A program made the position numbers and the translations under genes. 64,000 nucleotides of DNA, from IMG/VR virus record IMGVR_UViG_3300018428_002561; one strand, written 5' to 3'. Source of the DNA: an uncultured virus (IMG/VR IMGVR_UViG_3300018428_002561) (Duplodnaviria; Heunggongvirae; Uroviricota; Caudoviricetes). How positions within the stretch are numbered: the stretch's first letter is position 1; each line of letters starts with the position of its first letter. Below are positions 37,649 through 47,500 of the stretch, one piece after another. Below the pieces are notes generated by a model. The model was not told the DNA's origin and made no database searches. It saw only the letters and a program-made list of their open reading frames with translations.

Positions 37649-38629
37649 ATGGCAGATAAAAACAAGTTCGAAGAAATGCTCGAGCGTCTTGTTAATGAAG
37701 ACAAAGCTGGTGCAGAAGAACTATTCCACGAAATTGTTGTAGAGAAGTCAAGAGACATCTATGCAAACTTAATTGAACAAGATTTAGAAATCGAAGAAGA
37801 AGACAAAGAAGTCGAAGAAACTACTGACGAAGAAGTAGATGAAGCTACTGACGAAGAAGTAGATGAAGCATCTGATGAAGAAGTAGATGAGTCAAGCGAC
37901 GAAGAAGTTGACGAAAACTTTGATTTAGACGAATTTGAAGTCGAAGGTGAGCCTGAAATGGGCGGAGATCCAGTAGACGACATGATGGGTGACATCGAAG
38001 CAGGCGACGACGAAGAAGGCGACGAAGAAGGTGAAGAAGATGAAGACCTTGAAGATCGCGTAGTTGACCTTGAAGATGCACTAGACGACCTAAAAGCTGA
38101 ATTTGAAAAAATGATGGGCGACGAAGGCGAAGGCGACGAAGCTGGTGAAGAAGAGCCAGAAGAAGCATTTGCATTTGAAGCAACTGACGAAGAAGTAGAC
38201 GAAGCTGCTGACGAAGAAGTAGACGAAGCATCTGATGAAGAAGTTGACGAAGCTGATGAAAAAGAAGTAGAAGAGTCTAAGTCTGCAAAATCAGAAAGAG
38301 AACAAATGCGCGAGTACGTTGACAAAGTAGCAGGCGGACACGGCGCAGAAAAGAAAAGCTCAGGCGACAATGGCGACAACACAAAGTCACCAGTAGCAGG
38401 AGCAAATGACATGGGTGGCACTTCAGCTAACATCGCTAAAGGCGGAGAAGCAGGAAGCGGCGACCATGCTGGTCTAGGTGATTTAAACGCAAAAGACCAA
38501 GATGGCGGAAACATCAATGTACCAGGCGGTAAAGCGTCTAAAGCTGGCAAAAGCGAGCCAGGACACGGTGCAGAGAAAAAAGGTAAGCCAGAAAACGCTG
38601 ATAACAAATCATCTGTAGTCGGCAAGTAA
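37649..38629 (+). CDS. Highly acidic prohead core/scaffold-like protein
   Basis: Between portal and protease; extremely E/D-rich with EATDEEVD repeats and LEDRVVDLEDALDDLKAEFE; late promoter core and AGGAG SD. Confidence 0.7.
   Translation: MADKNKFEEMLERLVNEDKAGAEELFHEIVVEKSRDIYANLIEQDLEIEEEDKEVEETTDEEVDEATDEEVDEASDEEVDESSDEEVDENFDLDEFEVEGEPEMGGDPVDDMMGDIEAGDDEEGDEEGEEDEDLEDRVVDLEDALDDLKAEFEKMMGDEGEGDEAGEEEPEEAFAFEATDEEVDEAADEEVDEASDEEVDEADEKEVEESKSAKSEREQMREYVDKVAGGHGAEKKSSGDNGDNTKSPVAGANDMGGTSANIAKGGEAGSGDHAGLGDLNAKDQDGGNINVPGGKASKAGKSEPGHGAEKKGKPENADNKSSVVGK
37817..37912 (+). repeat. 24-nt (8-aa) coding tandem repeat x4; second block x3 at 38177-38248
   Basis: GAA GCT ACT GAC GAA GAA GTA GAT-type units encoding E(A/T/S)(T/S/A)DEEVD. 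Confidence 0.85.
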
Positions 38630-38642
38630 ATAAGGAAGCTGA

Positions 38643-39269
38643 ATGGGAAACCTACTAAGAGAGCATCTGACATTCGACCAAGCACAAATGGTTGTTGAGT
38701 CTGCTAACGAAGGAAAGGATCTTTACCTAAAAGGTATTTGCATCCAGGGCGGTGTACGCAATGCAAACCAGCGTGTGTATCCTGTAGAAGAAATTGGCAG
38801 GGCTGTCAAAACTCTCAACGATCAAATTCAAGGAGGATATAGTGTTCTCGGAGAGGTAGATCATCCAGAAGGACTTAACATTAACCTGGACCGTGTATCA
38901 CACATGATAACTGAAACATGGATGGACGGACCAAATGGTTACGGTAAACTTAAAATATTACCAACCCCGATGGGGCAACTAGTTAAAACAATGCTCGAGA
39001 GCGGAGTTAAACTAGGTGTCTCGTCTAGGGGATCTGGTAACGTATCAGAAGACGGAAGCGGTCAAGTTTCCGACTTTGAAATCATAACGGTGGACGTTGT
39101 TGCACAACCCAGTGCTCCAGGTGCGTACCCTACGCCAATATACGAACACTTGATGAACACCCGCGGAGGGTACCAGGCATTTGAATTAGCACAGGCAACT
39201 AAAGAAGACCAAAAGGCACAGAAATACTTAAAAGAGAGCTTATTAAAAATAATAAGCGGGCTCCGATAA
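38643..39269 (+). CDS. gp21: Prohead protease
   Basis: NANQRVYP, LGEVDHP, VSH, GVSSRGSG, DVVAQPSAPGA motifs. Confidence 0.95.
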   Translation: MGNLLREHLTFDQAQMVVESANEGKDLYLKGICIQGGVRNANQRVYPVEEIGRAVKTLNDQIQGGYSVLGEVDHPEGLNINLDRVSHMITETWMDGPNGYGKLKILPTPMGQLVKTMLESGVKLGVSSRGSGNVSEDGSGQVSDFEIITVDVVAQPSAPGAYPTPIYEHLMNTRGGYQAFELAQATKEDQKAQKYLKESLLKIISGLR

Positions 39270-39285
39270 ATGAGGAGAAAATAAT

Positions 39286-40380
39286 ATGTTGGAAGCATTA
39301 AAATCACTCTTCGAGAGCACAGCACTTTCTGAAGAAGTAAAAGCAGAAATACAAGAAGCTTGGGAAGCGAAGATCAACGAGAATCGTCAACAAGTTACAG
39401 CTGAACTTCGTGAAGAATTCGCTAAAAAATACGAGCATGATAAATCAACTATGGTTGAAGCAATCGATGCAATGTTGTCTGAAAAGCTAATTGAAGAAAT
39501 TTCAGAGTTTGCAGATGATCGTAAACAACTAGCTGAAGCAAAAGCAAAATATGCAATAGCAATGCGCGAAAACGCAGACCTAATGAAGAATTTTGTTTTA
39601 GAGCAGCTACAAAAAGAAGTAAGCGAACTACACGAAGACAAAAAAGCAATGGCTATTAAAGCCGCTCAGTTGGAAGAATTTGTAGTTGAAGCTCTTTCTA
39701 AAGAAATTGCAGAGTTCTATGAAGATAAAAAAGATTTAGCAGAAACGAAAGTACGTTTAGTACGTGAAGCTAAAGAACACTTCAAGAAGGTTAAATCTAA
39801 CTTTATTGAAAGAAGTGCTACAGCGGTATCAGAAACAGTTGATAAAGTCCTTAAAGGAGAAATTACTCAACTTAAAGAAGATATTGAAGAAGCACGAAGA
39901 AATGATTTTGGGCGCAAAATATTTGAAGCATTCAGCAATGAGTATTCAAATAGCTACCTAAATGAAAAAAGCGAAAGTGCTAAGTTACTAAAAGTTGTTG
40001 AGTTGAAAGACAAGCAACTTGCAGAAGCAAAAGCATTTGCTGAAAAAGCAAAGAATATTGCAGAAGCTCAAAAGGCAGAAAACAATAAACTTGTAGAATC
40101 AGCAAACCGCGAAAAGATCATGCGTGGTCTAATTGCTCCATTGAGCAGAGATCAGCAAGAGATTATGACAGACTTACTGGAATCAGTACAAACAGATAGA
40201 CTTCAAAAATCATTTGACAAGTACTTACCATCAGTTATCGATGGCCAGGCTCCAGCAAAGCGTAAGGCTATATTATCAGAGGCAACAGAAGTTACAGGCA
40301 ACAGAAAAGAAAACACGACACATATCAAAGCAGACGAGTCAAAAGTACTTGATATACGCCGTCTAGCTGGAATTAAATAA
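39286..40380 (+). CDS. gp22: Prohead scaffolding/core protein
   Basis: Coiled-coil E/K-rich protein between protease and capsid genes. Confidence 0.8.
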   Translation: MLEALKSLFESTALSEEVKAEIQEAWEAKINENRQQVTAELREEFAKKYEHDKSTMVEAIDAMLSEKLIEEISEFADDRKQLAEAKAKYAIAMRENADLMKNFVLEQLQKEVSELHEDKKAMAIKAAQLEEFVVEALSKEIAEFYEDKKDLAETKVRLVREAKEHFKKVKSNFIERSATAVSETVDKVLKGEITQLKEDIEEARRNDFGRKIFEAFSNEYSNSYLNEKSESAKLLKVVELKDKQLAEAKAFAEKAKNIAEAQKAENNKLVESANREKIMRGLIAPLSRDQQEIMTDLLESVQTDRLQKSFDKYLPSVIDGQAPAKRKAILSEATEVTGNRKENTTHIKADESKVLDIRRLAGIK

Positions 40381-40387
40381 GGAGAAA

Positions 40388-41566
40388 ATGATGTCAGAAC
40401 TATTAGAAAGTCGCTGGACAGAAACCAAAGACGCTCTTCTTGAAGGCCTGGACGGTAACAAGAAGGCGGTAATGGCTGCCACACTAGAAAACACTCGTAA
40501 GTATTTGTCTGAGAGTGCAACAGCTGGAGCAACATCCGCTGGTAACGTAGCTACACTAAACCGTGTAATCCTACCAGTTATCAGACGTGTTATGCCAACT
40601 GTTATTGCTAACGAGCTAGTTGGTGTTCAACCAATGACTGGCCCAGTTGGCCAAATCCACACTCTACGTGTTCGTTACGCTGAAGCTTTTGATAGCACAA
40701 GCGGAACTGATACTGTAGCAGGTGAAGAGGCACTTAGCCCATTCAAGATTGCGGAAGGATATTCCGGTGCAGCTGACGATAAAGCCGCTACAACAGCAGC
40801 TTTAGAAGGTCAAGCTGGACGTAAATTGTCCATCCAAATCTTAAAGCAAACTGTAGAAGCTAAATCCAGAAAGCTATCAGCTCGTTGGACTTTTGAAGCT
40901 GCACAGGATGCACAATCAATGCACGGTATTGATGTTGAAGCAGAAATTATGGCTGCATTAGCACAAGAAATTACCGCTGAGATTGACCAAGAAGTTTTAG
41001 CAAGCCTAAACAGCCTAGCTGGTAATGCTGCTGAAACATATGACCAAAGTGCTGTATCAGGTACAGCAACATTCGTTGGTGACGAGCATGCTGCATTAGC
41101 TGTTCAAATCAACAGAGTTGCAAACTTGATTGCACAGCGTACACGTAGAGGCGCAGGTAACTACGCTGTTGTTAGCCCATTTGCGTTAACAATTCTACAA
41201 AGTGCTACAACTTCTGCGTTCGCAAGAACAACTGAAGGTACATTCGAAGCACCAACTAACACTAAAATGGTTGGTACATTGAATAACGCAATGAAAGTGT
41301 ACGTCAACACATACAGTGCAGACGATGCACCAGTACTTGTTGGTTATAAGGGTTCAAGTGAATCAGACGCACCAGCGTTCTATTGCCCATACATTCCACT
41401 AATGTCAAGTGGTGTTGTGCTTGATCCAGCAACATTCGAGCCAACTGTGTCATTTATGACCAGATATGGTTACGTTGAGCTATCAAACACAGCTTCATCA
41501 CTTGGTAACGCAGCAGATTACTTAGGTAAAGTTGCGATTACTAACGGAAGCGTGAGCTTTAGCTAA
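40388..41566 (+). CDS. gp23: Major capsid protein
   Basis: VIRRVMP..IANELVGVQPMTGPVGQI, AKSRKLSARWTFEAAQD, FYCPYIPL, FMTRYG; start could be 40391. Confidence 0.97.
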   Translation: MMSELLESRWTETKDALLEGLDGNKKAVMAATLENTRKYLSESATAGATSAGNVATLNRVILPVIRRVMPTVIANELVGVQPMTGPVGQIHTLRVRYAEAFDSTSGTDTVAGEEALSPFKIAEGYSGAADDKAATTAALEGQAGRKLSIQILKQTVEAKSRKLSARWTFEAAQDAQSMHGIDVEAEIMAALAQEITAEIDQEVLASLNSLAGNAAETYDQSAVSGTATFVGDEHAALAVQINRVANLIAQRTRRGAGNYAVVSPFALTILQSATTSAFARTTEGTFEAPTNTKMVGTLNNAMKVYVNTYSADDAPVLVGYKGSSESDAPAFYCPYIPLMSSGVVLDPATFEPTVSFMTRYGYVELSNTASSLGNAADYLGKVAITNGSVSFS

Positions 41567-41583
41567 GTTTTACTTAAAACGAG

Positions 41584-41612
41584 AAAATAGGGCCTTAGGG
41601 CCCTATTTTTTT
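41584..41612. terminator. Bidirectional intrinsic terminator between gp23 and pqqA
   Basis: AAAATAGGGCC-TTAG-GGCCCTATTTTTTT, with A and T tracts on the two sides. Confidence 0.9.
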
Positions 41613-41622
41613 GACTACGGTT

Positions 41623-41694
41623 TTACTTGTTCATTACATACATTGTAACTTCAAAGCCAAAACGCATTTCTGTATAGCTAGGTTTTGTCCACAT
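41623..41694 (-). CDS. pqqA: Coenzyme PQQ precursor peptide PqqA (23 aa)
   Basis: MWTKPSYTEMRFGFEVTMYVMNK*: W.KP leader and G.EVT.Y core with the E-x3-Y pair; AAGGAG SD 6 nt upstream; TAAATA at 41720-41715; terminator immediately downstream. Confidence 0.93.
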   Translation of the reverse strand: MWTKPSYTEMRFGFEVTMYVMNK

Positions 41695-41776
41695 AACAAT
41701 CTCCTTTCAATTATTATTTAAACACACTTTTTGACAAAAATCTTGCAGAAAATCATTAATTTTTCATAAAAAGTGG

Positions 41777-41804
41777 TTGACTTTTATTTTAAAGATGTTA
41801 TATT
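41777..41804 (+). promoter_or_regulatory. sigma70-type promoter pointing into a non-coding tract
   Basis: TTGACT, 16 nt, TATATT with TG extension; shares AAAAGTGGTTGAC-N13/14-TGTTATATTA with the gp47 promoter. Confidence 0.6.
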
Positions 41805-41810
41805 AATAAC

Positions 41811-42027
41811 ATAAGCAACAAAGACTTAGCTAGTCAATGTTTATAGTGCAAGGAAGAGGCGTTTACCAGAGCGTCGAACTTGACTGTTTAGGGGTGGTAC
41901 CCAGGTGTTGTACTGGAAACAGGCAATGTCACATCGCTCTACCGAGCGGAAGCAGGTTGTCGCGGAGATGAAATGGTATTTGGTCCGTGGCTTGTAGGTG
42001 TAACCGAGTCCTACCTATTTTGCTTAT
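41811..42027 (+). ncRNA. Candidate ~220-nt structured small RNA, family not recognised
   Basis: Bounded by a promoter and a terminator; 5' ATAAGCAA pairs with 3' TTGCTTAT; multiple internal stems; GC-richer than its flanks; no plus-strand ORF of credible size. Confidence 0.65.
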
Positions 42028-42031
42028 TCTT

Positions 42032-42060
42032 AAAGCCCGCCACTGTGCGGGCTTTCTTCT
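42032..42060 (+). terminator. Intrinsic terminator
   Basis: AAAGCCCGC-CACTGT-GCGGGCTTT followed by CTTCTT. Confidence 0.8.
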
Positions 42061-42168
42061 TATTTGATAAATACTTGTGTCAGATAGTGTGCCGCAAGGC
42101 GGACTTATGCTGTTACCCACAGCGTACCGGATAGAACCCGGATAGGACTACTTTATAGGAGAAAACAA

Positions 42169-42624
42169 ATGGGAAGACCACTTAATAAAAGATACTTTGG
42201 ACCTGCTACAGCAGGTGGCAATGAAATCAAAGTAGATTTCTATGATGGCACATCAGCTGTTCTAGAAGGCTACATTGTAAAACAATTAGGATCTAAAAAG
42301 TTTCGTGTTGCCGCAATTGGCACACCAGGAACTACATACGATCGTTTTTTAACTACAGGAAAATTACCTGCTGCTTTAACAGGCGAAGAAATGTGCATCA
42401 GTGTTAAAGGTGATGACGGTGAAACTTACGGCGTTAGTAAAATTTCAGGACGTAAGGCAACTATCATTGCTCACAGTGCAACAGGTTCGAATGCATTAAA
42501 CGGACAATCGATTCCATGGAACTTCACAGTAAGTGCTGTTGACGGTGCTGTACAAGTTGAAGAAGCTGGTGATGATGACGTACTACTTGGTACTGACGAC
42601 GACGACTTCACTGAAGACGCATAA
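42169..42624 (+). CDS. Virion structural protein (possibly head decoration)
   Basis: MGRPLNKRYFG...GYIVKQLGSKKFRV; late promoter core, strong SD, first gene after the capsid unit. Confidence 0.55.
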   Translation: MGRPLNKRYFGPATAGGNEIKVDFYDGTSAVLEGYIVKQLGSKKFRVAAIGTPGTTYDRFLTTGKLPAALTGEEMCISVKGDDGETYGVSKISGRKATIIAHSATGSNALNGQSIPWNFTVSAVDGAVQVEEAGDDDVLLGTDDDDFTEDA

Positions 42625-42636
42625 GGATAATAACTT

Positions 42637-43650
42637 ATGGACAAGTATTTAAGAGTAGCTGACGGCAACTACAGAGTAGTTGTTAAAGAAGGTGGTAGAA
42701 TTACACTTGATACAGGTACGGAAGTTGGAGATGTTTACATCACCGGCAACCTAGTTGTTGAAGGCACTACTACTACTCTTGATACAGTCAACACTGTTGT
42801 TGAAGACAATATCATTGAACTTAACAAAGGCGAAACCGGAAACGGCATTACTAGAGATGGCGCTTCCGGTATTCGTGTTGATAGGGGTACAATACAAGAC
42901 GCTCAATTCTTATTTGTAGAAAATGTAACTTGGACAGATACAGCTAACGGAGGCACAGTTGATAAAGGTGCTTGGTCATCGAGATACCCAGGAGGTAGAA
43001 TCGGAGGCATTGAAACTGTAAGTATTACAACACCGGGCGTAGATTTAAACTTACTTGGTAGATATACATTATCAGGTGTAAGTACAGCAAACCCCGGAGT
43101 TGTTACTGTTACAGGAACAGCAAACTATGAGCAACGAGTTACTGATGACGACCATATACCTAACAAAAAATATGTAGATGATGCTATCTTTAACTTCTTT
43201 GGTACTGTTGTACCTAACAGAGTTCAAGTAGGCGATACTAAGGTACATGTGTATGATGACAGTGTTTCGGGTCCTAGTAGAGCAGAAACTGTTGTTGACG
43301 GTAACTTAGTTCAAGATGTTAGAGCAACTTGGACTGATACACATGGAATACGTATTGAACAAACTGTTCATGGTACTGAAATTAAAACACTTGGTACAAG
43401 TCAAGAAGATTTAATATTAAGTGCAACTGGTACCGGACATGTTGTAGTTGACGACAACTTAAGATTAGGTTATACTCCACACGAAGGTGTTGACGGAATA
43501 ACCGATCCAGTAGAACCAGATGACGGAATACTGTTGTATGCTAAACCATCTCAATCAGCAGGCACAGGTATGTATTTCGTAAATGCACAAAACCAACGAG
43601 ATGAAATTATAAGTAGAAATAGAGCACTAGTTTATAGTATGCTCTTTTAA
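42637..43650 (+). CDS. Virion structural protein, beta-rich
   Basis: GNLVVEGTTTTLDTVNTVVEDNIIELNKGE, IPNKKYVDD and C-terminal EIISRNRALVYSMLF fibre-type motifs. Confidence 0.6.
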   Translation: MDKYLRVADGNYRVVVKEGGRITLDTGTEVGDVYITGNLVVEGTTTTLDTVNTVVEDNIIELNKGETGNGITRDGASGIRVDRGTIQDAQFLFVENVTWTDTANGGTVDKGAWSSRYPGGRIGGIETVSITTPGVDLNLLGRYTLSGVSTANPGVVTVTGTANYEQRVTDDDHIPNKKYVDDAIFNFFGTVVPNRVQVGDTKVHVYDDSVSGPSRAETVVDGNLVQDVRATWTDTHGIRIEQTVHGTEIKTLGTSQEDLILSATGTGHVVVDDNLRLGYTPHEGVDGITDPVEPDDGILLYAKPSQSAGTGMYFVNAQNQRDEIISRNRALVYSMLF

Positions 43651-43659
43651 GGAAATAAT

Positions 43660-44031
43660 ATGGCAATAGTTAATACAGCAATAATTGATCAAGGTGGCGG
43701 AGATTATAGACACATTATGTTAACTGTTCCTGCTAATAAGTCATATGCTATTACTAATATTTTAGTTTGCAATACTTATGACCCAAGTGCGTCTAATCCA
43801 GAAAACGAAACTTGTGAATTTGATTTACATTTTGTTCCATCAAACGGATCATACAGTGACACTATTACATCTGTAGTTAGACGCTTGTCATTACCAGCAG
43901 GCGAAACATTTACATTAGATACAGAAAAAATAGTATTAGACGCAGGCGACTCTGTTCAAATTAACGGAGGACCGTCAGCAAGCGGAACAGGAAGACTTGC
44001 TTGCACAGTTAGTTATTTGGAAATTACATAA
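43660..44031 (+). CDS. Small structural protein, paralogous to 55931-56260
   Basis: LSLPAGETFTLDTEKIVLDAGDSVQ...SYLEI versus LLPANTSLRVVATGEKLIVAPDNIVQ...SYVEI. Confidence 0.65.
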   Translation: MAIVNTAIIDQGGGDYRHIMLTVPANKSYAITNILVCNTYDPSASNPENETCEFDLHFVPSNGSYSDTITSVVRRLSLPAGETFTLDTEKIVLDAGDSVQINGGPSASGTGRLACTVSYLEIT

Positions 44032-44561
44032 TGAGATTATTGAAGGCACAAAATACAAACCGTAGAACAATTTACGGAAGAGGAGTACAGTTTGATGTAG
44101 ACGATCAAGTCTATATGGAAAGTACTAATAGTATACGTGTGCCCAAAGGTACTACAGCTCAGCGACCAGCAAATCCTGAAGAAGGACACTTTAGATATAA
44201 TACAGATGATACTAGATTTGAAGTGTATGAAAACGGAGCCTGGCGCGGTGTTAGAGCTGTAGCCCCGGTTGGCGTTGGAATAACCCAACAGAGCTTAGGT
44301 AATGGCGATGCGTCAGAAACAGTATTCGGCCCATTAGCAAGCAACGATCCTGAATATCCGGTTCCAGTAGCCGCACAAAACGTTCTAGTATTTGTTGAAA
44401 ACGTGTTTCAAATAAGCACAACAAACTATACATTAGAACAAAGCGTTAGCGGAAGTTTAACAGGCCCTAATGCTCCATACGCTGATGGTTGGTATCTTAA
44501 ATTTACATCAGCACCAGACCTTAATAAGCCAGTAACTGTACTACATAACTTCGACAAGTAA
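44031..44561 (+). CDS. Structural protein with VPKGTTAQRP...G.FRYNT fibre motif
   Basis: The same motif occurs at the C-termini of the two following giant proteins; TAATG coupling. Confidence 0.65.
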   Translation: MRLLKAQNTNRRTIYGRGVQFDVDDQVYMESTNSIRVPKGTTAQRPANPEEGHFRYNTDDTRFEVYENGAWRGVRAVAPVGVGITQQSLGNGDASETVFGPLASNDPEYPVPVAAQNVLVFVENVFQISTTNYTLEQSVSGSLTGPNAPYADGWYLKFTSAPDLNKPVTVLHNFDK

Positions 44562-44590
44562 TCCAATAAATACAAGTAGGAGAACTTTAA

Positions 44591-47500
44591 ATGTCGCAAG
44601 TAGGTAGAATCTCAGGACCACTATTATTCGCTAATCTAGAAAGAAACGGCATTGATCTGGCCTTTGAAACAGACTTACTTTACCTTGATGTTAATAATGG
44701 CAAAATAGGTATAAGAAATAATGCTCCTACTAACGATTTACATGTTTTAGATACTACTAGAACTACTACATTATACGGCGATACACAAGCAGATATTGCT
44801 AATATAAACTTTCAAAACTCAACAATACAGCCTTTTCCGGGACAATTATTTCTTGATGCTAGATATAAGATAACATCTTCAAACGCTAAAACAGGCGACA
44901 TTTTTATAGATGATAATTACATATCTACTACAAATAGCAATTCTAATTTAGAACTACGTCCTAACGGAACGGGTCGTGTAGAAGTTTACAGCGATCTACA
45001 TACAGACGGTAATATACATGCAACAGGCAATATCACTCTTGATGGTAACATTATTTTTGGCGACACCGGTGATGATTCAACAGCATTAAATGATACTGTA
45101 ACATTTCAAACTGATGTAAACAGTAATATAGATCCTACAGTCACAGAAGTATACGATTTAGGAAAGTATAACAAGCGTTGGTTAGAATTGAATACTAGGC
45201 TTGTTAATGGTGTTGCTGTTGAATCTAGTAGTTTTATATTAGGCGGAGTTGACCTTAATAATAGACCAGGTAAAACTTATTACGTATCTAAAAATGGCGA
45301 CAATGACTACACTGGTACACATGTACAACACCCATTTGAAACTATTGATTATGCTGTAACGCAAGCAACGGCAGGAGATACTATCCATGTATTTCCTGGA
45401 GAGTACGAAGAATCTACACCAATTGTTGTTCCTGCAGGTGTTACAGTAGTTGGTCACGATTTAAGAAACACAGTTATTACACCGCCAAGTAGTCAAAGCT
45501 CTACAGATATATTTCATCTTAACGGCGAAAGTACCGTAGCAAATTTTACAATTAAAGATTTCTTTTATGACAGTGTAAATGACACAGGTTATGCTTTTAG
45601 ATTTGCTCCTAATGCAACAATTACAACACGTAGTCCTTATGTTCAAAACGTTACAGTAAGCACACAAGGTAGCACAACTAGTGCAAGCGATCCTAGAGGA
45701 TATGCTAGTGGCGATGCTGGTAAAGGTGCGTTAGTAGACGGAGCAAGTGTATTAGGTACAAGCAATGAAGCAAGCATGTTGTTCCATGCTGTAACATTTA
45801 TTACACCAGGTGTAGATGCACTTACAATGACAAATGGTGTTAGGGTAGAGTGGTTAAATTCATTTACATATTTTGCAGACAGAGGTTTATATGCTGTTAA
45901 TGGTGCAACAGGACATTTAAGCACAGACGGAAGTACAATTAAGTACGGTGCAGAACTACGCTCAATTGGTTCAGCAAACGTATACGGTAACAAAGGCGCT
46001 GAAGCAGATGGCGCTGATACATTAATGTATCTTATTCAACACAACTTTGGTTATATAGGATCTGGAAAATTTGTAGACAATGATCCTAGCAGAGTTATAC
46101 AGACAAATGAAACTATTGAATTAAACTCGGGTAAAATTTATTACAGTTCTACGGACCATTTAGGAAATTTTAGAGTAGGCGATCAGTTTTTTGTTGATCT
46201 AGAAACTGGTAACAGTACACTAACTATTGACGAATCTACAGTTAATGCATTAGCAGGACTAACTGTTACAACTAACGGAAATATTGCAATTATTGATGGC
46301 AATAAAGTTCAAAATCAAAATATAAGATTTAGCGGCAACACAATTGAAAGCCTATCAGGCGAAATTAATATTGACAGTCCTGCTAGTACCTTTATAAATC
46401 TAAACGGCAATACTAACCTTGTAGGTAATTTAGACATTACAGATAACTTTACGTTTGATGGCACACTTTCATTAGCAGGCGATCAACCTACAGACACAGT
46501 AACGTTTAATACAGAATTTAGTCAAGATTTAGAACCCAATCAAGACTTAACTTTTACTTTAGGTAACGAAACAAAAAGGTGGAATTGGACTTATGTAAAT
46601 GATGCAGAAATAGACGGCGTCACTATAGAAACAAATTATATTACTTCAAACGAATCGAATGCAGACTTAGAACTTAGAGCTAGTGGAACTGGTAAAGTTA
46701 ATATTACAGATCAAGTTAATATTAATAATCAACTTACAGCATTAGGAACAAGTACTTTTCAAAATGTTTCACTACAAGTGTTAACAAGTAATGCAGACTT
46801 AGAAGCAACAAACTTTAGTATTAACGATTTTAATATCCAAGGAAATCTTGACATTCAAGGAGAAGCCCAACTAGAGAATATACTAATTGATGATAATTTT
46901 ATTACTACTACACAAAGTAATAGCGATTTAGAATTAAGAGCTGCAGGTACAGGCGAAGTTACTACACAAGAATTAGTAAGAGTTAACGGGTTATTAATTA
47001 ACGAAAGTACACTACAGACTGGAAATGTAGACATTGCTGGAACTGTGACATTTGGAACTTTAGAAACTGACGAAATAAGAATTAATAACAACACAATAGA
47101 AGCATTTAACACTAATCAAGACTTAAACTTAGATGCAAACGGTACCGGCGAAGTTCAAATTAACAGTAGTGATGTTATTATTCAAGAAGACTTAACTGTT
47201 AACGGTAACACAACACTACAAGGAACTGATATAACAGGGTCACTTGTTCATTCAGGTAACTTAACCCAAACTGGAAACTATAACATTGCTGGTGAAATTA
47301 GTAACGGCAATATTCTAATTGAAGATAACTTTATTACTACAACAAACAGTAATAGTGATTTAGAACTACGTGCTAGTGGAACCGGCGAAGTTCTTATACC
47401 TAACAATGATGTACAAGTTAATAATAATTTTACTGTAACTGGAGCAAGTGATTTTCAAGATGTAACAGTTAATGGAACATTCCTACCAGGGTTTTCATAT

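Noticed and set aside
37817..38248. Periodic repeats as a possible CRISPR array
   Set aside because: In-frame, degenerate at third positions and without spacers; coding repeats
37759..38685. 308-aa poly-Ser antisense ORF and 128-aa Leu/Arg ORF
   Set aside because: Reverse-complement artefacts of GAA/GAC repeats in the acidic core gene
41994..42050. Cobalamin-riboswitch-like words (GGTGTAA, CCCGCCACTGT)
   Set aside because: The GGGAA element and B12 box arrangement are missing; the sequence is better explained as a terminator hairpin
41929..42120. 63-aa minus-strand ORF across the sRNA candidate
   Set aside because: No SD, crosses a terminator and promoter, atypical composition
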